Shown here piece by piece: positions 27,473 to 45,879 of a stretch of 64,000 nucleotides of DNA (position 1 is its first letter; each line of letters starts with the position of its first letter). Source of the DNA: the human T2T-CHM13v2.0 reference genome, Homo sapiens; assembly GCF_009914755.1 (NCBI RefSeq), contig NC_060925.1. One strand, given 5' to 3'. Below the pieces are notes generated by a model. It did no database searches. It saw nothing but the letters and a program-made list of their open reading frames with translations, and had not been told where the DNA came from. A program made the translations under genes and the position numbers.

Positions 27473-27654
27473 TGTAAACAGAGAGCGATATCTTTCTCTT
27501 TGTCTTCCTACAAAACCACCAATCATATCAAATTAGAACCCCACCCTATGCACTCACTTAACATTAATTACCTCCTAAAACCCTATCTCCAAATACAGTC
27601 ACATTAGGGGTTAGGGCTTCAAAATATGAATTTTGGGGGGACACAAGTCATAGT
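27238..27654 (-). mobile_element. MLT1A-family solo LTR containing (GT)18 at 27435-27470
   Basis: Starts tgtcttagtt; MLT1A motifs through ttttggggggacaca. Confidence 0.85.
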
Positions 27655-28193
27655 GCCCCTTAATATAGTTATTGTATATAATAGTGAGATAGAGACTGCT
27701 TTACCTCTGCTCATTAATTCCTAAATTCATGAATTATGAGGAAGGAGACACCATATCTTGGTCCTTGATTTCATGCATATGTAGGAAAGCTCCATAGTAT
27801 TTCAGGGCATTATCTCTCAAGTGGTACCTTAACTGAGCCTTCAGCAGGCCATTCCAATGTTCTATCTAGCTACATGCTACTGAAGGTAAAGCATATTTAA
27901 CGTGAAAGTATATATTTTTTATGAGGACAAATTGCTCTCTCCTTCATTATGGAAAGATTAACACTTCCATCTGATGGCTGCGTGGTCAGCCAGGAAACCA
28001 GTTCTATTTCAGAGGCTCAATATTGGTCTGTGCTGTTGGCAGATTGGGCAATAAGCGGTGGTGGTATTCCAACCAGCCATTTTAAGAAGTCTATATGGTT
28101 GAACTAAATGCATAGCCACCATCTTTACCAATTTGTAAATGTGCCTATTGAGCAAGCAAGGGGCTAGGGAATGAAAGGAGAAAACTGGCTGGT

Positions 28194-28590
<397 letters not shown>

Positions 28591-28703
28591 CTATTTTCAT
28601 GGGAATATCTTCACATTCTGTTGATTCAGAAAGGTTCATTCACATTTTCATAATTTCAACCTCCTTGTTACAATTCTTCTAGTCCTGTTCTTTTTAGGCA
28701 ATC

Positions 28704-29390
28704 TGTCTTAGTCTGTTTGATATGCTATAATAAAATACTATGGACTGTATAGCTTTTAAACAACAGAAAATTATTTTATACAGTCCAGAGGCTAAGAGGT
28801 CCAATCTGCACTAACAGATTTGTTGTCAAGTGAGGGCCTGTTCCTCCTAAATGGCACCTTCTAGCTGTGTTCTCACATAGTGGAAGGGTCAAGACAGCTG
28901 CCTGAGGCCTCTTTTACAAGGGCACTAATGCCATTCATGAGGGCTCTGCCCTCATTATCTAATCACCTCCTGTCTTAGTTCATTTTGTGCTGCTCTAACA
29001 GAATACCTGAAACTGGGTAATTTACAAGGAATAGAAATTTATTTCTCACAGTTCTGGAGGCCAGAAAGTTGATGATCAATATGCCAGCATCTGGTGCCTG
29101 ATGAGGGCCTTCTTGTTGCATCTTCACATGATGGATGATAGAGGGGTGAGCAGCAAGCTAGTCAAACATTGAATGAAGTCTTTTCCTTAATCCCATTAAT
29201 GAGGGAGAAGCCCTCATTAATTAGTATGGCCTAATCGCCTCTTAAAAGCCCTACCTCTTACCATCACATTGGCAACACCTGAATTTTGGAGGAGAAATAT
29301 TCAAAACATAGCACCTCTCGAAGGTCCCACCTCCTAATGCCATCAGATTGGCGATTAGGTTTTCAACATAGAAAAAATTATTCGTTCACC
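28704..29390 (-). mobile_element. MLT1A-type LTR with a nested MST-type LTR (28971-29313; TSD cctcc/cctct)
   Basis: Two tgtcttagt starts; inner element ends ttcaaaacatagca; outer resumes at ...cccacctcctaat. Confidence 0.8.
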
Positions 29391-32353
29391 ACTGGCTTCT
29401 TCCTTCGCTTCCCTTCCCTCCCCTTCTTTTCCTTTACTCCTAAATAAAGATGTAGGAATACAGAACACATTCCAGGGAAGTCTGAGCCATCTGGTTATAA
29501 AACTATACTTTACAGACATGCTTGACACAGCATGAAATGCTGTCATGCACATTCACTTTTTTGATTCTTTACATTAAATAGCCTCCTTTTTAATGGGAAG
29601 TTCAAGTCACATAGTAACGTGATGCCCCATGTTCAAGTGTTCAGACTCAATCAGGTAGAATAAATCTAAAGTCTACTTTTGAAATGGAGAATTGTTGTTG
29701 CCATAAGAGAATCCCCCGTGGGAATCTGTCAGAAGATCCATTCAGTATTTTAATCTGCTACAGATATGTTCTATTTTATTTGGTTTGCTGAGTATGAGGT
29801 CCAAGTGGAGGGCTAACTTGTATGGCAGGTTTAGAGTAGTACAGACCTTTTATTTCTTTGTGTCCAATTTAAAACTGTCTTTTAGGTTACATAGCAAAAT
29901 ATTTGAAGCTGCATACTTAGATGTGATGTGTATTATCTCCAACATTCAGAGTTTCTTCAAGTATGTGTCACTTGTTTTGTGGGCTGTAAATGGCTCCACA
30001 ACTTATCTCTTATTTTTCAGGGGCTCTTTTAACATGGCCAAAAGCACTGTGTTCCCAGAAATCGCACTGATTTGGCAGGTGGTGTTTGGAGTTAATTTCC
30101 CAGCATCTACCAATCATGTGTTTAAGTCGATTAGAACTTTTTTCTGTGTCCTGCCTGGCATATCCTGCTAGCATAATATCATCAAAATAATAAAGCCAAA
30201 TGTGATATTTCATATAATCACAAAAATATCAAGATTTTGCTTGTCTATTATGACATTAGGCAGGAAATCAGAAAAAAAATCCTCATGTAAGATAGTAAAA
30301 ATGTACTTTTGCCCTTGCTATAAAAAATAAAATAGCTTCTAATTATGTTTACTAATAGAAATTAAAGAGAAAAATGCTCTATCAAAAGCTGCAGAGCAAG
30401 ATAGCTGAATAGAACTCTCCAGGAATTTCCCCCCACGCACACAAAGGAACACCAAATTGAACAACTATCCACACAAAAATACTTTCATAGAACCAAAAAT
30501 TAGGTTGAGCAATCACAGTAGCTGGTTTTAATCTTATATCAAAGAAAGAGGCATCGAAGAAGGTAGAGAAGGCAGTCTTAAATTGCCTATGCCACCCCTC
30601 CTCCATCCACTAGCTGCAGCCATGTGTATTGAGAGAGGATCTCAGTGGATAAGGTAGGAAGAGCAAAGTGATTGTGGGACTTTGCATTGGAACTCAGTGG
30701 TGCTCTGTCATAGTGAAAAGCAAAACAGGCCAGAATTCCACTGACATCCATTTGGTAGGAGCATTTAAACGAGACTCTGCCAGAGGAGAATCGTCCATAC
30801 CAAAATTGGGACCTGAGATCTGCAAAGCCTTGTTACCAAGGGCTAAAGTGCTCTGAGGTCCTAAAGGAACTTGAAAGGCAGGGTAGTCCACAAGGCCTGC
30901 AATTTCTTGGCAAACCCAGGTGCTGTGCTGGGCTCAGAGCCAGTGGACTTGGCATGCACATGACCCAGTGAAACATGAGCTAGGGCATACAAAGGAGTGC
31001 TTAGCTCCTGGTTAACATTTATAGACTCACCATGGGCTAGAAGGGAACCCATTGCCCTAAAGAGAAAGACTCAATTCTTGCAGAATTCATCATCTGCTGA
31101 CTAAAGAACACTTGGGTCTTGAAAAAGCATCAGCAGTAGCCAGAAAATAGTCACCATAGACTTTGGGCAAGACCAAGTACTGTGCTGGATTCAGGTGTGA
31201 CCCAGCACAGTTCCAGTGGTGGTGGCCGCAGGAGTGCTTGCATCACCCCTTCTCTAACTCCAGGCAGCTCAGCACAGAGACATGCTGTTTGCTTGGGGAA
31301 AAGTAAAGTGTGAGAACAAGAGTCCCTGCCTCTTAATCCAAGGAATTTTCCCTGATCTTACCCAAAACCACCAAGGCAATGCCTCTATGAGTCTGCTAGA
31401 GTCATAGTGTTACTGAGATTGAAGTGCCTCCTAATGCACATACGGCTGCTGTGACCAAATACTTAGGTCACAATACTCAATTTCGTTGGACAGGTACAAA
31501 CAAGCCCAGACTGTGAAGATTAGAATACCTAACTCTTTGATACCCAGACACTGACTAACATCCAAGAGCATCAAGACCACCCAGGAAAACATTACCTCAA
31601 CCAAATGAACTAAATAAGGCAAGAGTGACCAATTACAGAGTGACAGATATAACTGAACTTTCACATAGAAATTTCAAAATAGCTGTTTGAAGCAAGTTCA
31701 ATAAAATCCAAGATAACACAGAGAGGGAATTCAGAATCCTGTCAGAGAAATATAACAAAGACATTCAAATAACTTAAAAGAATCAGGGAGAAATTTTGGA
31801 GGTAAAAAATTCAACTGACAAACTAAGAATGCATCAGAGTCTTTTAACAGCAGAATTGATCAACAAGAAAAAAGAATTAGTGAGCCTGAAGAAGGCTACT
31901 TGAAAATACACAGTCAGAAGAGACAAAAGCAAAAAGAACAAAAAACAATGAAGCATACTTACAGATCTAGAAAATACCCTCAATTCTAAGAGTTATTGGC
32001 CTTAAAGAGGAAGTAGAGAATGAGAAAGAGGTAGAAAGTTTATTCAAAGGGATAACAGAGAAATTCCCACACTTAGAGCAAGATACCAGTATCCAAGTGT
32101 AAGAAGGTCCTAGAACATCAAGCAGATTAAACCCATAGAACACATCCTCAAAGCATTCAATAATCAAACTCCTAAGGGTCAAGGATAAAGAAAGGATCTT
32201 AAGAACAGCAACAGAAAAAACAAAACAAAACAAACAAACCAACAAAAAAACGCAAACATACACTGAAGCTCCAATACATCTGGCAGCAGACTTCTCAGTG
32301 GAAACCTTGCAGGTCAGGAGAGAATGGGATGATATCAAGTGCTCAAAGAAAAA

Positions 32354-35771
<3,418 letters not shown>

Positions 35772-36529
35772 AAAGAAAAATACTTTTACCCTAGAGTATT
35801 ACATCCAGCACAAATATCCTTCAAACACGAAAGATAAATACTTTCCCAGGCAAACAAAAGCTGAGGAATATTGTCACCACCATAACTGTCCTACAAGAAA
35901 TGCTAAAGGGAATTCTTAAATCTGAAAGAAAAAGAACTTAAGAAGCAATAAAAAAAATCATTTGAATGTACAAAACTCACTGGTAATAGTAAATACACAG
36001 ACAAAATACAGAATAGTATAACACAGTAATTGTGGTGTGTAAACTACTCATAACTTGCGTAGAAAGATTAAAATATGAATCTATCAGAACTAATAACTAT
36101 AAAACTTTCTAAGACATAAACAACATATAATAACATAAATAGATATAATTTTAATTTTCTTGAATTTTTTAAGTCTTGTTTTGTGGTCTAACATATGGTC
36201 TGCCCTTGAGAATGATCCATGTGCTGAGAAGAAGAATGGTATTTTTCAGCCATTGCATGAAATGCTTTGTAAATATTTAATAGGTTCATTTGTTCTATAG
36301 TTCACATTAAGTCTAAAGTTTCTGTGTTGATTTTCTGTCTGGGTGTTTCTTTGTTGATTTTCTGTCTGGGTGATCTGTCTAATACTGAAAGTGGGGTGTT
36401 GACATCTCCAGTTATTGTATTAGGGTCTATATATCTCAATAGCTCTAATATTTGTTTTACACATCTGGATGCTCCAGTGTTGGATATATATGTATTTAAA
36501 ATTGTTGTATCCTCTTGCTGACTTGACAC

Positions 36530-36827
36530 TATTATTATTATTATTAAGATAGGGTGTCACTCTGTCACCCAGGCTGGAGTGCAGTGGTATGATCTCAGCT
36601 CACTGCAGCCCTGACCTCTCAGCCTTAAGCAATCCTCCCACCTCTGCCTCCTGAGTAGCTGAAACTACAGGTGTGTGCCACCACACCCTGCTAACTTTTG
36701 CATTTTTAGTATAGATGGAGTTTTGCTATGTTGCCCAGGCTGATCTTTAACTCCTGGGCTCAACTGATTTACCTGCCTTGGCCTCCCAAAGTGCTAGAAA
36801 TACAGGTGTGAGCCTTGACACCTGGCC
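36530..36827 (-). mobile_element. AluJ-like element
   Basis: agggtgtcactctgtcacccaggctgg...ctcctgggctcaa J-type motifs; (TAT)n tail. Confidence 0.9.
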
Positions 36828-39074
36828 AGTTTTAAGCATCTTGAGATTGAGATGCTTATGGGACATCCATTCAGTAGTGTCCATTAAACGAGATTTTTTT
36901 TCAGAAATGACATTCTTTATATCTTTTTATATTTTTTGTCTTAAAATCGACTTTGTCTGACATAAGTATAGCTACTCCTGTTCTTTTTTGGCTTCCATTT
37001 ACATGAAATTATATCAAGTATCTTCTCTGAGCATAATGGAATAAAACTCGAGATCAATAACAAGAGAAAATTTGGAAACTATATGAAAATTAATCAATGT
37101 GCTCATGAATGACCAGTAGGTAAATGAAGAAACTAGGAAAATTGAAAATTTTCTTGAAACAAACAATAATAAAAACACAACATACCAAAACCCATGGAAT
37201 ACAGTGAAAACAGTACTAAGAGTAAAGTTTATAGCAGTAAGCACTTACATAAAAAAAAAAAAACAGAAAAAACCTTCAAATAAACAACCCAGTAATACAT
37301 GCTAAGGAACTAGAAAAGCAAGAGCAAACCAAATCCAAAATTTGTTAAATAAATAATAAAGGGTAGAGCAGAAATAAATGAAATTGAAATTTTAAAAATA
37401 CAAAGATCAATAAAATGAAAAGGTGGTTTCTGAAAAGATAAACAAAACCAACAACTCTTTAGCCAGGTTAACTAAGTAAGAAAGAGAACTCAAATAAATA
37501 AAATAAAAGATGAAAAAGGAGGCATTACAACTGTTACTGCAGAAATTTAAAGGATCATTAGAGGCTACTATTAGCAACTATATGCCAATAAATTGGAAAA
37601 TCTAGAAGAAATGAATTCCTAGATACATACAACCTACCAATATTGAACCATGAAGAAATTTAAAAATGAACAGACTAATAACAAGTAACTAGATCAAAAC
37701 ATAATAAAGTCTCCCAGCAAACAAAAGTCTGGGAATCTGTGCCTTCACTACTGTATTCTACCTAATATTTAAAGAAGAATTAATACCAATCCTACTCAAA
37801 TAATTTCTAAAAATAGAGGAGAGAGGAACACTTCCAAACCCATTTTATGAGGCCAATATTACCCTGATCCCCAAACTGGACAAAGATACAACAAAAAAGA
37901 AAACTATCTCTGATAAATATTGATACACAAATCCTCAAGAAAATAATAGCAAACCGAACTCAACAACTCATTAAAAACATTTCCACCAAGCGGGATTCAC
38001 TGCAGGGATGCAAGGATGGTTTGACCTATGCAAATCAGTCAATGTGATACATCATATCAACAGAATTAGAGGCAAAAACCATATGATCATGTCAATTGAT
38101 GCTAAAAAAAATTTGATAAAATCCAATATGCATTCATGGTAAAAACCCTAAAAAATTGGTATAGAAGAAATATGTAACACAATAAAACACTCATAGCTTT
38201 TAAACTGTGAATAGGGAAAAAGTGACAGCCTTTCATCTAAGATCAGAAACAAAATCTTACTTGGAAAATAATGCTCACTCTGAAAGTGAGCATCTGCACT
38301 TTTTTTGAAAGTAAGAATGCTTGCATTTGTCACTGCTATTTAACATAGTACTGGAAGTTCTAGCTAGAACAATCAGACAAAAAAAAAGAAATAAAAGACA
38401 TGCAAATTAAACACAAGTCAAATTACCCTTGTTTGCAGATAATATTATCTTATATTTGGAAAAACCTAAAGACTCCACAAGAAAACTGTTAGAACTGATA
38501 AATTCAGAAAAGGTGCAGGGTACAAAATCAACAACAAAAATCAGTAGCATTTCCATTTATTTGCCAACAGCAAACAACCTGAAAAAGAAATCAAGAGACT
38601 AATGTCATTTACAATAGCTACAAATAAAATAAAATACCTAGGAATAAACTTAATCAAAGAAGTGAAAAATCTCTGAAATAGAAACTATAAAACACTAATA
38701 TAAAAAATTGAAGTGGACACCAAAAAAGGTATTCCATGTTCATGGATTGGGCAAATTAATATTGTTAAAATGGCCATACTACCCAAAGCAATCTTCAGGT
38801 CCAATGTAATCCCCTTCAAAACACCAATGACATTCTTCACTGAAATGGAAAAAGAGAATCCTAAAATTTATATGGAATCACAAAAACCCCAGAATACTCA
38901 AAGCCATCCTGAACAAAAAGAACAAAACTGAAGGAATAACATTACCTAACTTTAGGTACTATACTATACCTATAGAGCTATAGTAATCAAAACAGCAAGG
39001 TACTGGCATAAAATCATACATATGGAACAATGGAATAGATTGAAGTATCTTGAAATAATTTCATACATCTACAG

Positions 39075-39436
39075 TATATTAGTCTGTTCTCATACTGCTA
39101 ATAAAGACATATCTGAGACTGACTAATTTATAAGGGAAAGAGGTTTAATGGACTTATAGTTCCACATGGCTGGGAGGCCTCACAATCATGGCCGAAGGTG
39201 AAGGAAGAACAAGGAAAGTCTTACATAGCATCAGGCAAGAGAGTGTATGCAGGGGAACTCCCCTTTATAAAACCATCAGAACTTGTGAGACTTATTCACT
39301 ATCATGAGAACAACATGGGAAAAACTCGCCCCCACAATTCAATTACCTCCCACTGGGTCCCTCTCATGACACATGGGAATTATGGGAGCTACAATTCAAG
39401 ATGAGATTTGGGTGGGAACACAGCCAAACCATATCA
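39075..39436 (-). mobile_element. THE1B/C solo LTR; TSD tacag/tacaa
   Basis: ctgctaataaagacata...ggggaactcccctttataaaaccatcag...cagccaaaccatatca. Confidence 0.92.
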
Positions 39437-42400
39437 TACAATGATCTCATTTTCAACAAAGGTGTCAAGAATATATATTGGAGGAAAAAACACTCTCTTC
39501 AATAAATTGTACTGAGAAAACTAGATATTCATATGCAGAAGAAAGAGACTATAACATTGGTTTTCGCAAATATTTCTTGAGTAATACCCCAAAAGCATAG
39601 GCAACCAAAACAAAAAAAAAAATGGACAAATAGGAATCACATCGAAATAAAAACTTCTGCACAGCAAAGGAAATAATAACAAAGTGAAAAGAAAACTCAC
39701 AGAATGGGAGAAAAATATTTGCAAATTATTCATCTGACAAGGGATTTATAACCAGTATATATTTAAGGAGCTCAAACCACTCAATAGGAAAAAGCTAGTA
39801 ACCCAATTTAAAAATGGGCAAAACATCTGGATAGACATTTCTCAAAAGAAGACATACAAATGGCAAATAGGTTTGTGAAAATGTATTTAACATCACTCAT
39901 CATCAGAGAAATGCAAATAAAAACTACAATGAGATATTATCTCACCCCAGTAAAAATGGCTTTTATCCAAAAGACAGGCAATAATGAATGCTAACATGGA
40001 TGTGGATAAAAAAAGGAATCCACTTACATTGTTAGGGGGAATGTGAATTGCCATTTCCACTATGAAGAACAGTATGGAGGTTCCTCAAAAAACTAAAGAC
40101 AGAACAACCATATGATCCAGAAATTTCATGAATGTTCCTGTATCTAAAGGAAATGAAGTCAGTATTTTGAAGAGGTATCTGTACTCCCATGTTTGATGCA
40201 GCACTGTTCACAATAGGCAAGATTTGGAAGCAACCTAAGTGTTCATAAACAGATGATTGGATAAAGAAAACGTGGTACATATACACAATGAAGTACTATT
40301 TGGCCATAAAAAAGAATGAGATGCTGTCATCTGCAATATCATGGATGTAACTGGAAGAAATTATGTTAAAGGAAATAAGCCAGGCACAGAAAGACAAACT
40401 TTGCATGTTCTCACCTGTTGGTGAGATCTAAAAATTAAAACAATTGAATTCATGGAGATAGAGAGTGGAATGATTTTTCATCTCCATGAACTCATGGAGA
40501 GAGAGTGGATTGAGCCTGGGAAAGGTAATGGGGGGTCTGATGGGGGAGTGGAAATGGTTAATGGATACAAAAATATATTAGATGGAATGAATAAGATCTA
40601 GTATTTGATAGCACAACAGAGCAACTACAGTCAACAATAATTTATTGTACATCTAAAAATAGCTGAAGGACTATGATTGGAAAGTTTGTAAAACAAAGAA
40701 ATGATGAATGCTTAAGTGATAAATATCCCATTTTTCCTGATGTGATTATTACACATTTTATGTCTGTATCGAAGTATCTAATGTACCCCATAAATACATA
40801 TACCTACTATGTACCTGTAAAAATTAAAATGAAAAAGAAAGAAAAAGCTGCATGGTAGGGCCAGTTGCCATACTGACTTGCTTCAATCAGATACAATAAT
40901 TATATTTAGCTATTTTTGGCTTTGCTCTTTAAATATACAAATATTCAATCACGCTTCAAGATGCATCTATCTGGCTTTTGTGCTGGCCAAATGGGAGGGT
41001 TAAATGGGAATGTACTAAGAATCATTATTCCTGTTTTTTTCAAATCTTTGATGATGAAGCTAATCTCTAACATTTCCTTAGGATTATAATATTGCCTTCA
41101 GTATGTAAGGGGGAGGTAGGATGTTCCAGTCGATTCTACTAGGTTATTTCTACCATAGTAGTCCACATTCTACTAGTCATGGAAATAATATATTTTGTTA
41201 TTTATTAAATATAACTATTTTCACTGTTTAATCTGTGACTGAGAAAATAATCACCATGAGTTTGGCTTGGGGCAAGATTCCATTTGTCTTCTGATCTTGA
41301 TAAGCCGCAATCTCCAGTTTATCTCAAGTCTCTGAGCATTAGTATCAGTCTAAAGCCAGCGTATAAAAAATCCAAGGGCTGAGTTTTACTCTTTCTCTGC
41401 TATACACTTACTCTCATAAATGCTGCTAGTCTCTCTGAGAGAAATTATTTTAAAAAAATTCACTTGTGGCTGCATTGAGGAATGTTTCTTGAAGAGAGCT
41501 GGCTTTCTCCATAAACAAATAGCTTGAATTCTGTGAAATGAATTTTATCTAGAACTTGAGTAAGAGACCATAAATACCCTACATCAACTTGAACTGTGCT
41601 TTCTGCTAACCGGACCTAGAATTTTCCCACTTACATATTTTAAACAGCCTCTTAATAGTCCCCTCACCTATTTAATTTCTAGAGATCCTGTAGTCAATTA
41701 ACTGTATTTCTGCTTGGGAGAGTACTCTGATTGTGACGTCTCTCTAAAGTGTATTATGATAATTGTGCTTATCTTTGTCCTCACAGGTAAGTACCTTTAT
41801 TACTCTAGGATCTAAGGTTCCACTGCTCTCATGGAAATTGGGGAGCTCAATTCCATGGCAGAATTTATCTCTAGCTTGCAAAAAGACAGTCACCACACTT
41901 TCTAAGAAGGCTTAGAGAAACATGTATCCCTCAGGCTTCCCTAGAGTTTAAGTTAGGAACTGGTTAAGCAGATTGCACATAAGACATTCATTCCAACATT
42001 TTCTAAGCCTTCAGGCAACTCTCCTATTCAATATGCTCTGTAAATTCCAGCATCTCAATTTCATTGACTATAGGTCTGCCTTCAATTCTCCAACCAAGCA
42101 AACTATTACTGTTTACTTTCAGTGTGTTCAAACCAACACAAATCCTGGATGCTGAGTAAGTGGATTCATTTCAATAAATTAAACCCATGTTGGTCTTATA
42201 TTCCATGCTCCTGGACCTAACAATCTTAGAATCCCTCTCATTCATGCTCTCTGGACTCTTACTGATACTGATCGGCAAGATACTACATTTATTTCAGCAG
42301 ATAGGCTATTTCATTTTAGGTTAATATTTGTACTTCTCCATTTGAACTCTGCCTCTGCTGGCATCGAAGTCTTCTTACAGACCTACAGGACACATAGGCT

Positions 42401-42736
42401 GGTGGAGTGAGTCCTGAGAACAACTGAAATTCCATTGAGAGGCAACTGTTCCAGTTTATATATAAAGAAGCTGCATCCATTAACAAAGTTTTAGGTGTAT
42501 ATGGGAATTCAAATTCCTCAGCTTTATGTTTCTTCTCTAATGTGCTCATGCCACGCCCCATTCTTCCATTCTTTCCCAACCAGGACCTTTTCTTAGAATA
42601 AAGATCTAGTAGAATTGTACATTGCATTAGTTTTGTTCTGTAATTCTACCGTGATTACAATCAGGCCCTGTGCTTGACTCTACGTCTATAGGACGTAAGA
42701 AACTCTGTTATAATTGCCTTTTAAAAACAAATTTCC

Positions 42737-43121
<385 letters not shown>

Positions 43122-43849
43122 TCATTACTCTCTAGGACCCTCAGAGGAGCTATCCCTGTTTCAAACTTTGTAAGCACTGTTGTTACTATATAGACACTTG
43201 GTCACAAAAGCATGTCTTCTGTCAGCACTTTCTCATGTGTCTTTGCTGGTGGTCATTTTTTGAAACTAAGATGGCAACATTTGTCCATTACCATCCCCAC
43301 CCTGGATGAGGCTATAAAGTTATACATGTGCTTCTAAAACATGTAAACAACCGAATCCTGGAATCTTAATTTTATGGTTCTTCCTGGGAGGGCTACTCCT
43401 GGTATCAATCAGTCTTTTAGTCAAAAAACAGATAGCACACCCTAATGGGGTAATTAAGGAAAGATTAATGTGGACACTATTTTTAGCAAGTAAACCAACA
43501 GGGACTATGAAGCACCCCAGGGCTACCAGGCAGTGGTAACTTGTTATCATGTTTAGGCTTAAAGTGGCGAGAGAAAGGAACAATTACTATATTTTGGAGA
43601 GTGTCGTGGTTTTAGGAAAAGACTACCCACTAGAAACATAATCCCTGCCAACCTGCAGCCTGGCAGAAGTCAGTTGGTGGACTAAAACTTCAGCCCTCTC
43701 TCTTCTGCCACCGATCTCCTGCTGGTGCCTCCCATTGGCTGTGACCCAGTATATTATAAGAACGTAGTCCACAACCTTTTCCAGTATTATTGTTGAGTAG
43801 TATTTGATGTTTTCTTCCTCTTCATACTCTACATTCTCCCCTTTTTCCT

Positions 43850-44490
43850 TACACAGCTGATGACCCTTGATTTCACTGAGAAAACCAAAGCTTTTGGAAA
43901 ACAATTTTCACAGAGTCCCAAGACCATATTGACATGTTTAGCAGTATCTGTACCCACATCACAGGCCTCCATTCCTGTTGCCCATAGATTAATTTCCATG
44001 TTTCTCTATAATCCACAACTCCTGAACTGGATGCCTTTCATCTACTCAAGCATATCTCTCTAGCTCTTCTCCCTCATTTCTTCCACATCATCAATGTTTC
44101 TTTGCTATTGTATTATTGTCACCAACCCATTGACATACTGTTATTTTTCCCATCATAAAAGTTCTTTATCACCCTTCTCTTTCTAGCTACTGTCACATTT
44201 CTTTTCTCCTTTTTATAGGAAATCTCCATGTGATTGTAATCTTACTTTTAGAAATTCAACTCTTCTTATCTTTTAAACCCTCCTAAGTCAGGCCTTCACT
44301 CTGAACTTGTTCTTGTAAAGGGCACTAATGACCCACCTTGTTGAATGTAATGGTTAATTTCAGTCAACTTGTCCCATCAGCAACAGTTAACATAGTCGGT
44401 CACACACTCCTTAAATATTTTAACTTGGATACCAAGTTGGTTTTCTAACTTTCTATGGCTATTCCTTTTCAGTGTCCTTTGCTTCTTTTT
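43850..44490 (+). mobile_element. L2 fragment
   Basis: atttcactgagaaaa, tcaggcctt...aagggcactaatgacc, ttccttttcagtgtcctttgct L2-like motifs. Confidence 0.65.
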
Positions 44491-44827
44491 CATCTAGGTC
44501 AGGTGCCACCCAAAGGAGTTTTATTAATAAAAGACATAAATTAACATGACATACATGTGAAATTTAGGCTAAAACTCTATCCCAAATATCCTCAATATTA
44601 TCTAGTCTCTAAAGAAAGATTGTGTTTGGGCAAGGAGGTATTAATTACTTAAAATCTAATGTAGCATTTTATGTGAAATTTGCCATACCACCTCCCATTC
44701 CGCTAGATGACATTTCTAAAACACAATTTGCAACACTGTCATGGTCAAAATCCTGTGTATGAAACTTAGGCATTACTCTCAATTAATGCTTGGTTCTCAC
44801 TTGTGACTTTATGTTACTTGATAAATC

Positions 44828-45031
44828 TAGTGATGTGCTAAAGTCAACTCAAATTGATTTGAGAGAGCCAATTTTTAAATTTTTGGATATCTTATCAGCA
44901 AGTTGTTAAAGCACTGGTTGCACAAAATTGGCTATTGGGAGAGAATTTACACTATGGGAATTGGAAAATGCTACAAATTAGGAATTTTGTCTCCATAGAT
45001 GCAGATGTTAAATATTTACTAGTACACAATT
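44828..45031. mobile_element. MER63A-like hAT-Blackjack MITE
   Basis: tagtgatgtgct...gagagcc...tttacactatgggaattgg...gttaaatatttactagtacacaattg with degenerate TIRs. Confidence 0.7.
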
Positions 45032-45879
45032 GCTTGAATTATTTGCGACAGTGTTTTGACAAAATCTTGAAATTAAATTACATTATGATGTCTGTGCTAT
45101 CAAATAAGCTCCATGTGAATAGAAAGCTGGTACGTTTTCTTTATCTTTATATTCCCATAGACCATCACAGTATTTTGTACATATTTGAATACATATTTTT
45201 GTATTAATGAATGTACATACACCTTTGTATTATATCATAATATAACCCATGGGTTATACAACAATAACCAAAAAATGTTGTGTTTTTCTAATAAATATAC
45301 AGTATCTAAGTTGCTGTCTAATTATTCTAAGCCCTGAAAATATTTTTTAAAGTCTCAAGACATTAATACATGCCTTAATAAAGCTTTTAGGGAGATGAAT
45401 AGAAGTGATATTATAAATAAATAGGGGATTTAGAGAATGATCTCACTTTGTAACAGACACCAACTATTTAAAATACACCGTCTCTTTACTGTGCATTAAA
45501 CTGCTCCACTGTAATTTTTAGTAACAATTATAGAAGCCATTTCAAAAGCATTTTAGATATGGGGAAGTCATATAACCAGGTTTTCTTTGTTATTTTCTTT
45601 TACGCATCCTAACACCACAGTTACGAGAGGATGTCAGCTTTCCAGAACTCTCATATTTAAATTGTTTTTCTTCTTTCCTGTTTTCTTTAAATATTTTTAT
45701 TCTCTAGACAGGCAGAATAAGGACCAGTGAAAGAAACCATTATAATTCCTTTGTCCATTTTCTCCAGAATTGCTATTGCTTCACTCTCTCCAACTTTGTC
45801 TAATGGATCTACTGAATATTTAAATATATCCTAGTGGAGTAAAAATACTAAGCAAAAGAAATTGAAATTACAGAAAATA

